Part shown: one piece after another, positions 1 through 10,125 of the stretch | Numbering within the stretch: the stretch's first letter is position 1 | How the letters are laid out: each line of letters starts with the position of its first letter | Source of the DNA: Roseibacillus sp. | GTDB lineage: Bacteria; Verrucomicrobiota; Verrucomicrobiia; Verrucomicrobiales; Akkermansiaceae | Length of the DNA: 64,000 nucleotides | NCBI GenBank assembly: GCA_051251855.1 | Contig: JBPOGI010000006.1 | Location: 64,001 to 128,000, forward strand | Direction: 5' to 3' | The notes under the pieces: model-generated | What the model saw: the letters and a program-made list of their open reading frames with translations, nothing else | Databases searched by the model: none | Told to the model about the DNA's origin: nothing | Program-made: the position numbers and the translations under genes

Positions 1-2348
1 GAATCAAATACGAGCGTTTCGAAATGCTGGTGGCTCCAGGCGATGGCATCTTCTCCGCTTTTTTGGTCAACGAGTTCGTCAAGCCATTGATAGTGCTGGG
101 AAGCTGATGAGGAAGAGGAGAGGACGAGAGAAGTGATCAGCTCTCGGAGCGCTTCTTTGTTTCCTGTTTTGGCGGCGAGGTAGCCTAGTTCTTCGTGATT
201 GCTGCTTCTTGCGTTGAACCGGAGTAATCGGGCTTCTTCGATGGTCTGAGCCAAAGGAAAGTTGGGGAGAGCTGAGAGAGTTTGGGCAAGGGTGCGGTGC
301 CGGTATCTGGCTTGAGTGAAGAGCCAAGCGAGGTCGGGGTAGGTTTGGGGGTCTTTGGCAGATGCTACGATGGTGAAGACATTTTGAATGGAGTCCTGAG
401 GGATGTGGTGGCGGTTTCGAAGCAAGAAGGAGAGCACAGGAGCTGCCTCCTTGGTCCAGCCTTTTTTGGAGAAGAGGGTCGCTAGGGACGGGTCATGCTC
501 GAGAGCTGTTAGAAGAGAGGGGAGATGGGACTCATCTGCAAATTGAGTGAGAGTCTCCAAGGCGAGCTGTTGTGCAGGAGGGGGAACAGGCAAACGCTTG
601 ATGAGGGCGGGGAGGTGTCCTTTGCTCAACACGTGGTATTTGCTCCGTGCCAATTTTTTCTCGACTGGGTCGATATCGTCGGCGAGGTCGTAGAGAATGA
701 GGTCGAGGTAGGCTTCAACTTCTTCCTTCGAGGGATTTTGGGAAAGGTGAGCAATGGACCAGCGAATTTTTTCTTTAGGTTTGGGGGTGGTTTTTTCCTC
801 ACTACCAAAGGGGATCCAGTTCTCACGCTGGAAGTCTCCAAAGACGGAATCTGTTTGTTGGTAGGTGAAGACGAGGAGTTCCAGCTGAGAGAGAGCTTTT
901 GTGGAAGAGGAAAGTTCTTGGAGGTAAGTGGCGTCGGCTTTGTCGAGATGGCATCTGAACTGGATCTTTCGAATGGGGCTGCTGGAAAAATTCGTACCCA
1001 TGAATCGGTATTTGCAAGAGAAGAGAGTGTTGCTGGTGGGGTCTCTGAGAAGAAGTCCAATCGGTCTCTTGGTCAGCGAGAGGGCACCAGGACGAAAATA
1101 CATTTCGTGGAGGCGGCTCTCGAGAGAGGTTAACAGTCCCGCAATATGAAAGTTGAAGCTGGCATCTTCTTCGTCAACGGAAAGGATCTTGAAGCGACTG
1201 GTTTTGTCGAAGAGAGAGGAAGCGCCTTCTTGCAGCGGAATGGTGACTGCCAAATGAGGTTCTAACAAGATACCGGAATAGGATCCCCTGATATGGAGTG
1301 GGGATGAAATGTCAGAAGTCCATTCAGGAGGCATGAAGCTATCGTTAGCCGGGATGCGCTCCCTTTCTGCCGAGGGGGGGAGTAGGCGAGTAAGTTGAGG
1401 CGCGAGCTGGAAGCTTTCTCTGAGACGAAAGAATGAGTGGTTTCCTTCAAAGGAGCATTCCATTTCTCTGGGAAAAAGAAGCTGTCCGGCGGGAAGATTG
1501 GCGGTGAGCTGGGGAGTGATGAGGGTTGCGTTCGGTAGTGGTTCTTCACCCTTGGCGAGGACTCTGAGGTCGAGCCTCTTTTGAACGATGGTCTGGGGGC
1601 TGGTCGGCTCGTAGAAGCGATAGTTCCAAAACACTCCGCTGGTTGAGAAGGCGAAGAAAGCGACGAGGGCAAGGTAACTGGCGGGCTTTGGACTACGGAA
1701 GCGCGAGGAAGTATAGCAAGCAATGAGAAGGAGGCCTATCGAGAGAGCGAGGGGAAGAAGGAGAGAACCGTCTATTTGAAAATTGTAAGGTGAAGGGGGA
1801 ATTGCCAAGTGGAAGAGCAATCGTGCCAGTGTCGAAAAAAGGGGCAGGGCAATGAGGATTCCTGCTGTCCAAAGGAGAACGTTTCGAGGTCGCCGAGAGA
1901 GCGCGGAGAGTAGGGTGATCCAGAGAACGATGTGGATTTGGTGGAGCGAAGCAAGGGCGCAAGTCTCCCTGACGAAGGTCCAACTAGGAATGAACAAAAC
2001 GAAGGGCAAGGCGAAGCTGGAGACGAGTGGAACAAGAATAAGGACGAGGATGAGGCTGCTCTTTTCCCAGAAGAGGGTCATCGGTTTGAGGGGAAGAGTT
2101 CGCCAATAGGGGGCCTCGCTCCCGAAGGGCGTGGTGAAGAGAATGCGAGAAGCGAGAAGAGCTCCCAAGAGAGCTAGCGTGAAATTTACAGTGGTGGACC
2201 AAAGAAGAATCAACGGCGAATCGTGAGTGTCGCTCTTGAGTAGGATGGTTCGGCCTAAGGCGACCAGAAGGAGAAGAAGAATCCAAGGAGCCCAGACCGG
2301 AAAGATACGGCGGAAGTCCCACTTCCACTGGTTGAAGAAGGTAGTCAT
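1..2348 (-). CDS. Membrane protein (ABC permease-like N-terminus plus large soluble domain), paralog of 2352-4889; 3' end runs off window
   Basis: Manual translation from ATG 2348: MTTFFNQWKWDFRRIFPVWAPWILLLLLVALG...YWRTLPLKPMTLFWEK, paralleling the neighbour (HEFRKYR...TRPLTPFALYGGK). The same frame is open at the window edge (...HQHFETLVFD); the middle was not fully translated. Confidence 0.75.
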   Translation of the reverse strand, partial: MTTFFNQWKWDFRRIFPVWAPWILLLLLVALGRTILLKSDTHDSPLILLWSTTVNFTLALLGALLASRILFTTPFGSEAPYWRTLPLKPMTLFWEKSSLILVLILVPLVSSFALPFVLFIPSWTFVRETCALASLHQIHIVLWITLLSALSRRPRNVLLWTAGILIALPLFSTLARLLFHLAIPPSPYNFQIDGSLLLPLALSIGLLLIACYTSSRFRSPKPASYLALVAFFAFSTSGVFWNYRFYEPTSPQTIVQKRLDLRVLAKGEEPLPNATLITPQLTANLPAGQLLFPREMECSFEGNHSFFRLRESFQLAPQLTRLLPPSAERERIPANDSFMPPEWTSDISSPLHIRGSYSGILLEPHLAVTIPLQEGASSLFDKTSRFKILSVDEEDASFNFHIAGLLTSLESRLHEMYFRPGALSLTKRPIGLLLRDPTSNTLFSCKYRFMGTNFSSSPIRKIQFRCHLDKADATYLQELSSSTKALSQLELLVFTYQQTDSVFGDFQRENWIPFGSEEKTTPKPKEKIRWSIAHLSQNPSKEEVEAYLDLILYDLADDIDPVEKKLARSKYHVLSKGHLPALIKRLPVPPPAQQLALETLTQFADESHLPSLLTALEHDPSLATLFSKKGWTKEAAPVLSFLLRNRHHIPQDSIQNVFTIVASAKDPQTYPDLAWLFTQARYRHRTLAQTLSALPNFPLAQTIEEARLLRFNARSSNHEELGYLAAKTGNKEALRELITSLVLSSSSSASQHYQWLDELVDQKSGEDAIAWSHQHFETLVFD

Positions 2349-2351
2349 TGA

Positions 2352-4889
2352 TTAGTCTTTCGAGTTGTTCGTTTTTGGGACGAAGCGTTCGATGATGGGA
2401 TCGAAGCGGAAGTCGTCAGGCTCATGTTTGGACAGCCGATGTTGGAGTTCTTGAAAATTGAAACGAGGGAAGTGGAAGAATTTGGTCAGAGAGCGTCTGG
2501 GATGATTGTTATGGAAGCGGTATGTGTGCTGGGTGTAGTTCAGAACAAAGAAGAGGTCTTCGAGGGCTTGTTCGTCTCCCAGCTGTAGGGCAAGCGCTCG
2601 CTCGGGTGAAATAGCAGGGAAGTTACTAGACGGGCTGAAGGGGAATATCTGAGGGGCTGGCTCTCCCAACCTTGATTTGATGAGGGCTTGTTTGATTCGG
2701 GGATGCCTCAGTATGATTGGAGTAAGCTCATTTGCGGGGTCTTTCTTTACGAAGGAAACGAGGAGATGATCGTTTTTGGGGTTGTTGCATGCGAGTAGCC
2801 CTTGGACCGCTCTTTGTTGCATGCCCGAATCGGGGTGATTGAGGTGCTTTCGAAAAACTGCTTCTCCTTCTTGTATCCATCCTCGTTCAATAAGGACCGT
2901 CATGAGGAAGGGATAGTCATTGGCGGCAGAGATGAGCTGGTCCTTGTCGTCGCGGCGAATGCCAGAGGAAATGGCTTTGGTAAAGATGGCCGCGAATGAA
3001 CTATTGGGTTCAAAGCGACTGAGATCGGAGAGGAAGAGGGAGAGGTGAGACTCTACAAGGGGAGAGAGTTGTTCTGCTAGGAAGTCCTCTTCAATGTGGA
3101 TGCGGTGGAGGCTTCGAACGAGATGGGAAGTGAAGTTGTAGAGGAAAGTCGCGACTTCGGAGGTTGGTGCGTTGGCCTTCGGTTGGTTTTGGCGCAACCA
3201 AAGTGCGAATTGTCCCGAGTGAAAAATTTCCTCTCCTAGTTGAGTCCCATTTGGAGGCCGCCTGCGGTGAGAGGGAAAAGGGGGATAGTTTTCGCTCTGA
3301 TAGGGAACGACTGCTGAGCCTATTTTGGTTGCTTCGATGAAGACGAGTTGGGCGCCAAGGAGGTTGATGCGACCCTTCTGAGGGCTATCAAAGTGGATGG
3401 AAAGTTCTTCGTGATCTAATAAAATGGAGCTGCTCTGTTTGCCTGCTTTTCTGACTTCGCCGAAGTGAATGAGTTGATGAGAAGGAAGGTAGAGTCCGCA
3501 CAGTCGGTTATCGGGAGAGTCTTCCTCTTCGCTTTTGGAGAAGAGGAGACGGCGAGGTTTTGCTTTGGAAAGAGAGAAATGAAGACCGTCGGAATTCCAA
3601 GCAAGCGGGACAATTCGAACGGTATTATCCTTTGAAGGAGAATTGAGAGGAACTCTATTTTCAATCTTCCACTGGCCAGCCAAGATGCGAATGGAGCCCT
3701 TGAGATGGAAGGGGGTTTGTGGAAGCTTATTACGAAAACTGTCCGAGCTCGGAAGATTCACTTTGTTGGCTTGCCCCCAGCTCCCGTAGGGAACGATAGC
3801 GCGAAGATCGGGAAAAGTTTTCAGCAAGAGTCTTTCGAATCCAGGAGCGAGAGTGCCCGAGGGGAGGTGAATACTGTAGAATTGCGGCTCCCGATAAGAT
3901 GGTCCGTCACTTTCAAAGTGCGCCTCTCCAAGATTCTGAATCTCATAGCGTGAGAACTCGAAGGCGTAGTCGACATCAGGGAAGTGCTGGGTCAATTGGG
4001 CGCGAGACTCTTTGGGTATTGTTATCGTGAGCGCACCCGAATCTCCGATTGAAAAGGTGTTCGGCAGGTGGGTCTGAATGTCAATGGGGTGGTTAGGATT
4101 CGTAAGAATCGAGGTGAGGGTTTTGCGATGGGGGTTGGGCTGGAAGCTCCAGCGGTTGAGCACGTTTGCTACTATGAGGGAGAGGAGAAGCAGTCCTGCG
4201 AGAGAGAGGAAGCGACGAGGGAAGGCAACCTCCTTGCGGCTCTGCGTCTTGAGGAGAAGAAGGAGGCCGCAAGAGAGAAAGAGGGCAGTGATGAAAAGAG
4301 AAAGACGGTGAGGTGATTGATTTTTCCAGAGAATGGAGGGAAGAAACTCGAGTTCATGAAGCATTTGCAGGAAGTTCCAAAAGCTCACTAAAACTAAAAT
4401 CGAAATCAGGCTCGAGAGGATGAGGGAAAGAGGTGATTGCTGATGAAGGGTGAAGCTCGTAATCAAGAGTGCTAGGGCACTGAGAACGAGGAGCCAATCA
4501 AGGGTGGTGAGGGAGAGAGAGGCTGCGACTTCGTTGTGCAGGAGCATCAAGGCGGCATTGAGAGAGAGGATAGGAAGGATGAGGGCGGTGAAGACAAAGA
4601 GTGCTTTCCCTCCATAGAGCGCGAAAGGGGTCAGGGGACGAGTAGTGAGTGGTCGGTCTCGCTTTGAGGGGGAATCGCTGAGGAAGGGAGCGGCCACGAG
4701 GAAGAGAAAGAGTAGCCCCACGGAAGCATTGATGAGAAGGACGAAGGACCAGTTGAGAAGATTGTATCCCCAGTCCGTGGACTCCGATTGAGAGGGAAGA
4801 TGAGCTACGAAAAGGAGAGCCAAGAAGAGGAGGACGAAGACGCGATATTTTCGGAATTCGTGAGCGCATTGATGAAGGAGTAGATTCAT
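2352..4889 (-). CDS. Membrane protein, ABC permease-like N-terminus with large C-terminal domain
   Basis: 845-aa ORF with multiple N-terminal hydrophobic helices; overlaps the ABC ATPase stop. Confidence 0.75.
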   Translation of the reverse strand: MNLLLHQCAHEFRKYRVFVLLFLALLFVAHLPSQSESTDWGYNLLNWSFVLLINASVGLLFLFLVAAPFLSDSPSKRDRPLTTRPLTPFALYGGKALFVFTALILPILSLNAALMLLHNEVAASLSLTTLDWLLVLSALALLITSFTLHQQSPLSLILSSLISILVLVSFWNFLQMLHELEFLPSILWKNQSPHRLSLFITALFLSCGLLLLLKTQSRKEVAFPRRFLSLAGLLLLSLIVANVLNRWSFQPNPHRKTLTSILTNPNHPIDIQTHLPNTFSIGDSGALTITIPKESRAQLTQHFPDVDYAFEFSRYEIQNLGEAHFESDGPSYREPQFYSIHLPSGTLAPGFERLLLKTFPDLRAIVPYGSWGQANKVNLPSSDSFRNKLPQTPFHLKGSIRILAGQWKIENRVPLNSPSKDNTVRIVPLAWNSDGLHFSLSKAKPRRLLFSKSEEEDSPDNRLCGLYLPSHQLIHFGEVRKAGKQSSSILLDHEELSIHFDSPQKGRINLLGAQLVFIEATKIGSAVVPYQSENYPPFPSHRRRPPNGTQLGEEIFHSGQFALWLRQNQPKANAPTSEVATFLYNFTSHLVRSLHRIHIEEDFLAEQLSPLVESHLSLFLSDLSRFEPNSSFAAIFTKAISSGIRRDDKDQLISAANDYPFLMTVLIERGWIQEGEAVFRKHLNHPDSGMQQRAVQGLLACNNPKNDHLLVSFVKKDPANELTPIILRHPRIKQALIKSRLGEPAPQIFPFSPSSNFPAISPERALALQLGDEQALEDLFFVLNYTQHTYRFHNNHPRRSLTKFFHFPRFNFQELQHRLSKHEPDDFRFDPIIERFVPKTNNSKD

Positions 4890-5809
4890 GATTTGCTCGT
4901 TGGGTTGTTAGGAGGGCGGAAGGATTTAGCGAAGACGACGAAGATTTCCCGCAGGCTGAGGGTTTGGATTTCGTTTGATAAGGCGGCGGGAAAGTGCTCT
5001 TTAATGAGGGAAGGAAGAACAGCTTCTTGATGACGGTGGTCGATGAAGCGCACAGTGCGCCCAGAGACTTGGATGTCGCTCCATGTGGCGGGCAGGTCGG
5101 CGGGGAGTTCTTCGGTCTCTGGGAGATGAATGGTGATTCTACGGAATCGTTCGATGAGCTCGTCGGTTGATTCATTGAGTTCGAGGTGGCCGCGATTGAG
5201 AATGGTCACGCGGTCGCAGAGGCGCTGCACTTCGTCGATATCGTGGGAGGAGATAAGGACAGACCAGCCCTCGACTTCGGTGAGTTCTAACAGACCGTGA
5301 AGGAATTCGTCACGCACGAGGGGGTCGAGTCCGGAGAAGGGTTCGTCAAGAATAACCACCTGCGGGCGGTAGGCGAGGCTGGAGAGGAGAGCAGCCTTCA
5401 TTCTTTGCCCTCGGGAAAGGGAGCGGAGTTTGGTCTTCATGGGAATGTTGAATTCACCAAGAAGCTTTTTCTCGAAGTCTCGGTCCCAGTCGGGATACAT
5501 GGGTCGGAGGTAGTCGAGGAGTTGGGTAACGTTCATCCAACCGGGGAGTTCTTGGTTCTCTGAGACGTAGCCGATGCGTTGCAGTTGGTTGGGGCCAAGT
5601 TTGCGGGAGTCACAACCGAGAATCTTGGCGTAACCGGAGTCGGGAATTTGGAGGTTCAGGAGGCACTTAATGGTGGTCGTTTTACCGGCTCCGTTGGGTC
5701 CTAGGAAGGCGGTGACGGCTCCTTGAGGAATGGACAAGGTAAGGTCGTTCACGGCGGGAACCTGGCGGAATGTCTTGGTGAGGTTTTCGAGTTCGATAAT
5801 GGAGCTCAT
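4886..5809 (-). CDS. ABC transporter ATP-binding protein (YtrB/CcmA-like)
   Basis: Walker A GPNGAGKTT, signature LSRGQ, Walker B VILDEP, H-loop SSH. Confidence 0.95.
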   Translation of the reverse strand: MSSIIELENLTKTFRQVPAVNDLTLSIPQGAVTAFLGPNGAGKTTTIKCLLNLQIPDSGYAKILGCDSRKLGPNQLQRIGYVSENQELPGWMNVTQLLDYLRPMYPDWDRDFEKKLLGEFNIPMKTKLRSLSRGQRMKAALLSSLAYRPQVVILDEPFSGLDPLVRDEFLHGLLELTEVEGWSVLISSHDIDEVQRLCDRVTILNRGHLELNESTDELIERFRRITIHLPETEELPADLPATWSDIQVSGRTVRFIDHRHQEAVLPSLIKEHFPAALSNEIQTLSLREIFVVFAKSFRPPNNPTSKS

Positions 5810-6183
5810 GATGATTTGCGGTGATGGTTGCGGAGGGCGGTAAGGACGTCTTCAAGGTCGAGGCCGAGTTCTTGGGCTTGCATTAATAGCTCGTCGCAAG
5901 CGGGAGAAAGGAGGTCGAGGCATTCAGATTTGTTCGGGAGGTCAGGTTCTCCCACGACCATTCCGATCCCGGGGCGAGAGACGAGATAGCCAGCGGACTT
6001 GAGTTGGCTCACCACTTTGTGAGCGGTGGTTGGACTGATTTTGAGTTCCTGACTGATGGCTCGCACGGAGGGAAAGTGGTCTCCCTTGACCAGCTGCCCT
6101 GTGAGCACGGCCTTGCGAACTGCTTGCAGAATTTGGTCAGAGACAGGAATACCGTCTTTGAGCTGGAGAAAGAAAGGGAGCAT
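5806..6183 (-). CDS. GntR-family regulator, YtrA subfamily
   Basis: 125 aa, wHTH (FPSVRAISQELKISPTT...RPGIG), short C-terminus, heads an ABC operon. Confidence 0.9.
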   Translation of the reverse strand: MLPFFLQLKDGIPVSDQILQAVRKAVLTGQLVKGDHFPSVRAISQELKISPTTAHKVVSQLKSAGYLVSRPGIGMVVGEPDLPNKSECLDLLSPACDELLMQAQELGLDLEDVLTALRNHHRKSS

Positions 6184-6194
6184 CAGAAACTTGA

Positions 6195-6233
6195 AGGTGT
6201 AACAGGAATAGTGTTACACCTGAGACGCGTCAA
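6195..6233 (-). promoter_or_regulatory. Putative YtrA operator overlapping a sigma70-like promoter
   Basis: Perfect inverted repeat AGGTGTAACA-N7-TGTTACACCT (6195-6221); minus strand TTGACG-N17-TATTCC. Confidence 0.7.
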
Positions 6234-6319
6234 TGGAAAAGTGACTTCACCTTCTTTGTGAGAAACACCGATGTCGGTGTAACCTTTCTCTCAAGGGGTG
6301 GTTAGTCTTGGATGTAACT

Positions 6320-7186
6320 ATGAAAAATACATTACTGACTCTGGGGGCTTTGACGGCTTCGACCTTGGCTTCGCCGATTCAATTTGAGGAAATTCCAGCG
6401 AAGGCGCAGTGGTACTTGCATGCAGATGTGGATGCCATTGGAGAAACTGAAGTGGGCGAACTGCTCAAGGAGATCGTTAAGGAAGATGCGGGTAAGGAGT
6501 TGAAGGCGATGGCGCGGATTTTTGCTTTCGATCCTTTGGAAGACATGGAAGCAATGACTCTCTTTGGGGAGGGGGACAAGGCGGTGGTGCTGATTCGAGG
6601 GGAGTTTGATCGCGAGCACATGGAGGATGTCATTGGGGGCGCGGATGAGCATGAATCCCGAGAGTATGAGGGGATGACGGTTCATAGCTGGGACGATAAG
6701 GGAAAGACTCAGCATGGCGCTTTTATAGAAGATAAATTGATCGCGTTTTCAGAGCATCCGAAGCACCTGAGGTATGCGCTCGATGTCTTGGGTGGACGCA
6801 AGGATGCGATGGAAAAGGAGGAGGCAGACGGTTCTCCGTTGGTCTTTGGCTTAGCGAATCTTGCTGAGATGGACATCGAAGATGAGGACATGAAAGTTCT
6901 CCAACAGGCGAAGTCGATGACGGCGCGGATGGATGAAAATGGGGAAGAGATGGTGGCAACCCTGGAAATCTCAACTGACGACAGGAAGCTCGCGAAACGC
7001 ATGCGCCGGATGGTTGACGGTTTATTCGCGATGGTGGAGACGAGCATCCCTGATATCGACGACTATGAGATCGAAAGCGAAGTCGAGCTTGGGGAAGAAG
7101 AGACCGATATTGTCGCGAAAGTGCAGATGCCTTCCGAGCGGGTATTCGACTTCTTGAAATACTTGGATACTCTCGAAGACGAGTAA
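6320..7186 (+). CDS. Secreted acidic hypothetical protein
   Basis: Signal peptide MKNTLLTLGALTASTLA; first gene before the ECF sigma; ECF-like GTAACC...GTTA upstream (6279-6304). Confidence 0.75.
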   Translation: MKNTLLTLGALTASTLASPIQFEEIPAKAQWYLHADVDAIGETEVGELLKEIVKEDAGKELKAMARIFAFDPLEDMEAMTLFGEGDKAVVLIRGEFDREHMEDVIGGADEHESREYEGMTVHSWDDKGKTQHGAFIEDKLIAFSEHPKHLRYALDVLGGRKDAMEKEEADGSPLVFGLANLAEMDIEDEDMKVLQQAKSMTARMDENGEEMVATLEISTDDRKLAKRMRRMVDGLFAMVETSIPDIDDYEIESEVELGEEETDIVAKVQMPSERVFDFLKYLDTLEDE

Positions 7187-7192
7187 ACTTTT

Positions 7193-7759
7193 GTGACCGA
7201 AGAGAAGTCAGACGAGGAATTGGCCGCGCGTGCTCAGGAGGGAGACCGCGCGGCTTTCAACGTGCTCGTGACTCGACATCACCAGAGGATTTACGCTTTC
7301 CATCGGAGCTCGGGTAATACGATTCAGGACGCGGAGGATTATACTCAGGAAGCGTTTCTGAGGGCCTTTAAATCTCTTTCGCGTTACGATTCTCATCAGC
7401 CTTTTTTGCCTTGGCTCTATACTATTGCGAGACGAGAGGCGATTCGGGCATGGCGAAAGAAAAAGCCGACGGAGCCTTTGCCTTCATCGGAGACGATGGT
7501 GGATGTGGAAATAGATTTACATCTGGCACCTCACCTTTGGTATTTGGCTCGTATTCATCTCAAGCCAGTGGCTTTTACTGCACTCTGGCTGCAATATCGG
7601 GAGGGGTTATCTTTAGCTGATATTGCTGGTTCGCTTAAAAAGTCGGAGTCGGCGACGAAAGTGATTCTTCATCGCGCCCGTGCCACTTTACGAGAGAAAT
7701 TGGATCCGGCGGATCTCAATTCGGAACCTTCCCTTCACCCCCAACCTTTGACCCCATGA
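7193..7759 (+). CDS. ECF RNA polymerase sigma factor
   Basis: DAEDYTQEAFLRAF, FLPWLYTIARR, region 4 LSLADIA...KVILHRAR. Confidence 0.92.
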   Translation: MTEEKSDEELAARAQEGDRAAFNVLVTRHHQRIYAFHRSSGNTIQDAEDYTQEAFLRAFKSLSRYDSHQPFLPWLYTIARREAIRAWRKKKPTEPLPSSETMVDVEIDLHLAPHLWYLARIHLKPVAFTALWLQYREGLSLADIAGSLKKSESATKVILHRARATLREKLDPADLNSEPSLHPQPLTP

Positions 7760-8127
7760 ACGATACTGAAATTGAAAAGCTCTTGCGAAAAGAGCACGAC
7801 TTGGAAACTCCTCGCCCCGGCTTGGAGCAGCGGATTCATACGAATTTAGAATCGCCGAGGAGGGGTCTTCCTTTGGGGATGGCAGGGGCGCTTGCGGCGT
7901 TGGTGATTGGGGCGGGTGTGTTGCTCTATCCAAAGAGTCCTTCGGGACCTACCCAGGTGGTGGAAAAGGAACCGGAATCCGAAACGGAGGAAGTTGTTCT
8001 GAGGCCGGTTCGTGTTTCGGTGCCCAATCCTTTGGAAGAAGAAGCGGTGGCCTTGGAAGCGACAGCGAGAAAGACCATGAGCTTTTTACTTTCGCGTTTT
8101 CCTTCGCTGCCTGAGGAAACTTCGTGA
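7756..8127 (+). CDS. Putative anti-sigma factor (single TM)
   Basis: Overlaps the sigma stop; one TM helix after a short cytoplasmic domain. Confidence 0.6.
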   Translation: MNDTEIEKLLRKEHDLETPRPGLEQRIHTNLESPRRGLPLGMAGALAALVIGAGVLLYPKSPSGPTQVVEKEPESETEEVVLRPVRVSVPNPLEEEAVALEATARKTMSFLLSRFPSLPEETS

Positions 8128-8224
8128 GGGGAATTGTTCGTTGAAGCTCAGTTGTCTGTTGAGATAGACGACTTTGGGCGTGCGTGACGTTTGGATAGGG
8201 AGCAAAGTGCTTCTTAGGAAGGGG

Positions 8225-9172
8225 ATGAAGAGTATCAAACAAGTATTGGGTGTCGTGATCGGGGTTGTGATTGGCCTGGTGGGGGGGACTTTGTTTAAGT
8301 CGAGCTTGCCTCCTGAGGAGGGTTCGATGGCAGAGGTGATGGAGGTGCATCGGCATGAGATGAAGTCGACTCGAAATCGGTTGGCGGTCTTGGAGGCGGA
8401 GAGGCGACGGGGTGATGAGGCTGCCAGCCAAGCGGCGCGTGATATCGCGGCGGACATTCGAGCCGGCAAAGAGGTGGATTTGGATGATGTCTATAGTTTG
8501 ACGAAGCCCTTGTTAGCGGATGTCTCTCCCTTACTGGAGAGGATGCGAGTGACGTCGGAGAAGCAGCGGGCGGAGGAGATTGCAGGAGAAATGGCGCGAA
8601 AGTATGACCTCACGAAGGCTCAACAAACTCGTTTGGAAGGCTGGCTGGCGATGGAGGCGGAGGCGAATGCGGAGAGGTTTCGGATGGTTTTGGAAGATGA
8701 GAAAAGCACCTTTCAGGACTTTGTTCAGGCATCAGAGGAGCATGCAGAGTTCGCCAATCTGGATGACTTCATGGAGGGAGAGCTCCGAGGAGAGGAGCTT
8801 GCGGAGTATCAAGAGGACCGGCTTTTTGAGCGCACCGAGAATGTGACGAGTGAAGCGAACCGAAAGTTGCATCGCTTGCATGATGTGGTGGACCTCGATG
8901 AATCGCAGCAGGATGCAGCCTTTCTCCTTTTTGCTCGGGGCTCGAATGATTACGAATCTGGGATGGAGGTTGACGGGATGCAGGGCGCGCAAGCGGGCTT
9001 AGGCATGGAGCAAAGGAATGCGGAGGTGATATCTTTGCTGCGTCCAGACCAGCGGGTGGAGTATGAACGTTATCAAGACGAGCAACAGAGAGAGGTGAAT
9101 GAGGGGTTGCAAGAGATGGGCTTGAAGCTGCCGGCGGACTTCGACCTTTTTGACGACGACTTTTACAATTGA
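8225..9172 (+). CDS. Membrane-anchored helical hypothetical protein
   Basis: ATG 8225, N-terminal hydrophobic anchor, acidic coiled-coil-like body. Confidence 0.7.
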   Translation: MKSIKQVLGVVIGVVIGLVGGTLFKSSLPPEEGSMAEVMEVHRHEMKSTRNRLAVLEAERRRGDEAASQAARDIAADIRAGKEVDLDDVYSLTKPLLADVSPLLERMRVTSEKQRAEEIAGEMARKYDLTKAQQTRLEGWLAMEAEANAERFRMVLEDEKSTFQDFVQASEEHAEFANLDDFMEGELRGEELAEYQEDRLFERTENVTSEANRKLHRLHDVVDLDESQQDAAFLLFARGSNDYESGMEVDGMQGAQAGLGMEQRNAEVISLLRPDQRVEYERYQDEQQREVNEGLQEMGLKLPADFDLFDDDFYN

Positions 9173-10125
9173 TGTCTGACTATGCACTAGAGGTTCGCGA
9201 CTTGCGGGTGGACTACGGAGACTTTGTGGCGGTGGATGGCTTGAGCCTGAAAATTCCCTACGGGGAAGTGGTGGGGCTGGTGGGACCAAATGGAGCGGGG
9301 AAGACGAGCACCTTTAAAGTCCTTTCGACTCTGATGGAGCCGACCTATGGCGAAGTCACGATGTGTGGCTTAGATGTGTTAGAAGAGACTGCTCAGGTGC
9401 GAAAGCTGTTAGGGTATATGCCAGACTTGGCGCCGGTGCCGTCGGACTTGAAGCTGGGTGAGTTTTTGGAGTTTCATGCTGATACCCATGCATTGGGCGA
9501 TAAGGCGCAGCGGCGCGCTAGAGCGGATGAATGCTTGGCGAAGGTGAACCTAACTGAGAAGCGGAATGCTTGGTGTAAGAAGCTTTCGCGTGGCCAGACA
9601 CAGCGATTGGTGTTGGCGAAAACGCTTTTGCATGAGCCGCAGGTGATGATTCTCGATGAACCGGCGAGTGGGTTGGATCCGCTTTCGCGGCGGGAGATGC
9701 GCTTGACTTTGCAAGCGTTGGCAAGGGAGGGCGTGACGGTGTTAGTGAGCTCGCATATTCTCAGCGAATTGGCGGAGATGTGTGGTTCTATCATTGTGAT
9801 GAATCAAGGAAAGCTGCTGGCCTCTGGGACGGCGGAGGAGGTGAGAACTGAGCTAGGAAGCAACCGGCGGGAAATGACGATGAAGGTTTTGGGTGTGACA
9901 GATGGTTTGGAGGGGTGGCTGGCCGTGAGAGAAGGGGTGAGCGAAGTGCAAGCTGAGGAGGGGGCGGTGAGGTTCGAATTTGTGGGGGATGATGAGGCTC
10001 AGGTAGCTTTGTTAGGCGATGTAGTGCGGGAGGGGTTTGCAGTGAAGAGTCTGGAAGAGAAGAGTGCTTCTTTTGAGGAAATTTTGGTGGAAGTGGCAGA
10101 AGGAAATCGAACTTACGAAGACTGA
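9172..10125 (+). CDS. ABC transporter ATP-binding protein
   Basis: GPNGAGKTS, LSRGQ, MILDEP, SSH. Confidence 0.95.
   Translation: MSDYALEVRDLRVDYGDFVAVDGLSLKIPYGEVVGLVGPNGAGKTSTFKVLSTLMEPTYGEVTMCGLDVLEETAQVRKLLGYMPDLAPVPSDLKLGEFLEFHADTHALGDKAQRRARADECLAKVNLTEKRNAWCKKLSRGQTQRLVLAKTLLHEPQVMILDEPASGLDPLSRREMRLTLQALAREGVTVLVSSHILSELAEMCGSIIVMNQGKLLASGTAEEVRTELGSNRREMTMKVLGVTDGLEGWLAVREGVSEVQAEEGAVRFEFVGDDEAQVALLGDVVREGFAVKSLEEKSASFEEILVEVAEGNRTYED

Noticed and set aside
79..2328. Many short ORFs in the ORF track
   Set aside because: Shadows of one long minus-strand CDS from 2348 that runs off the window edge
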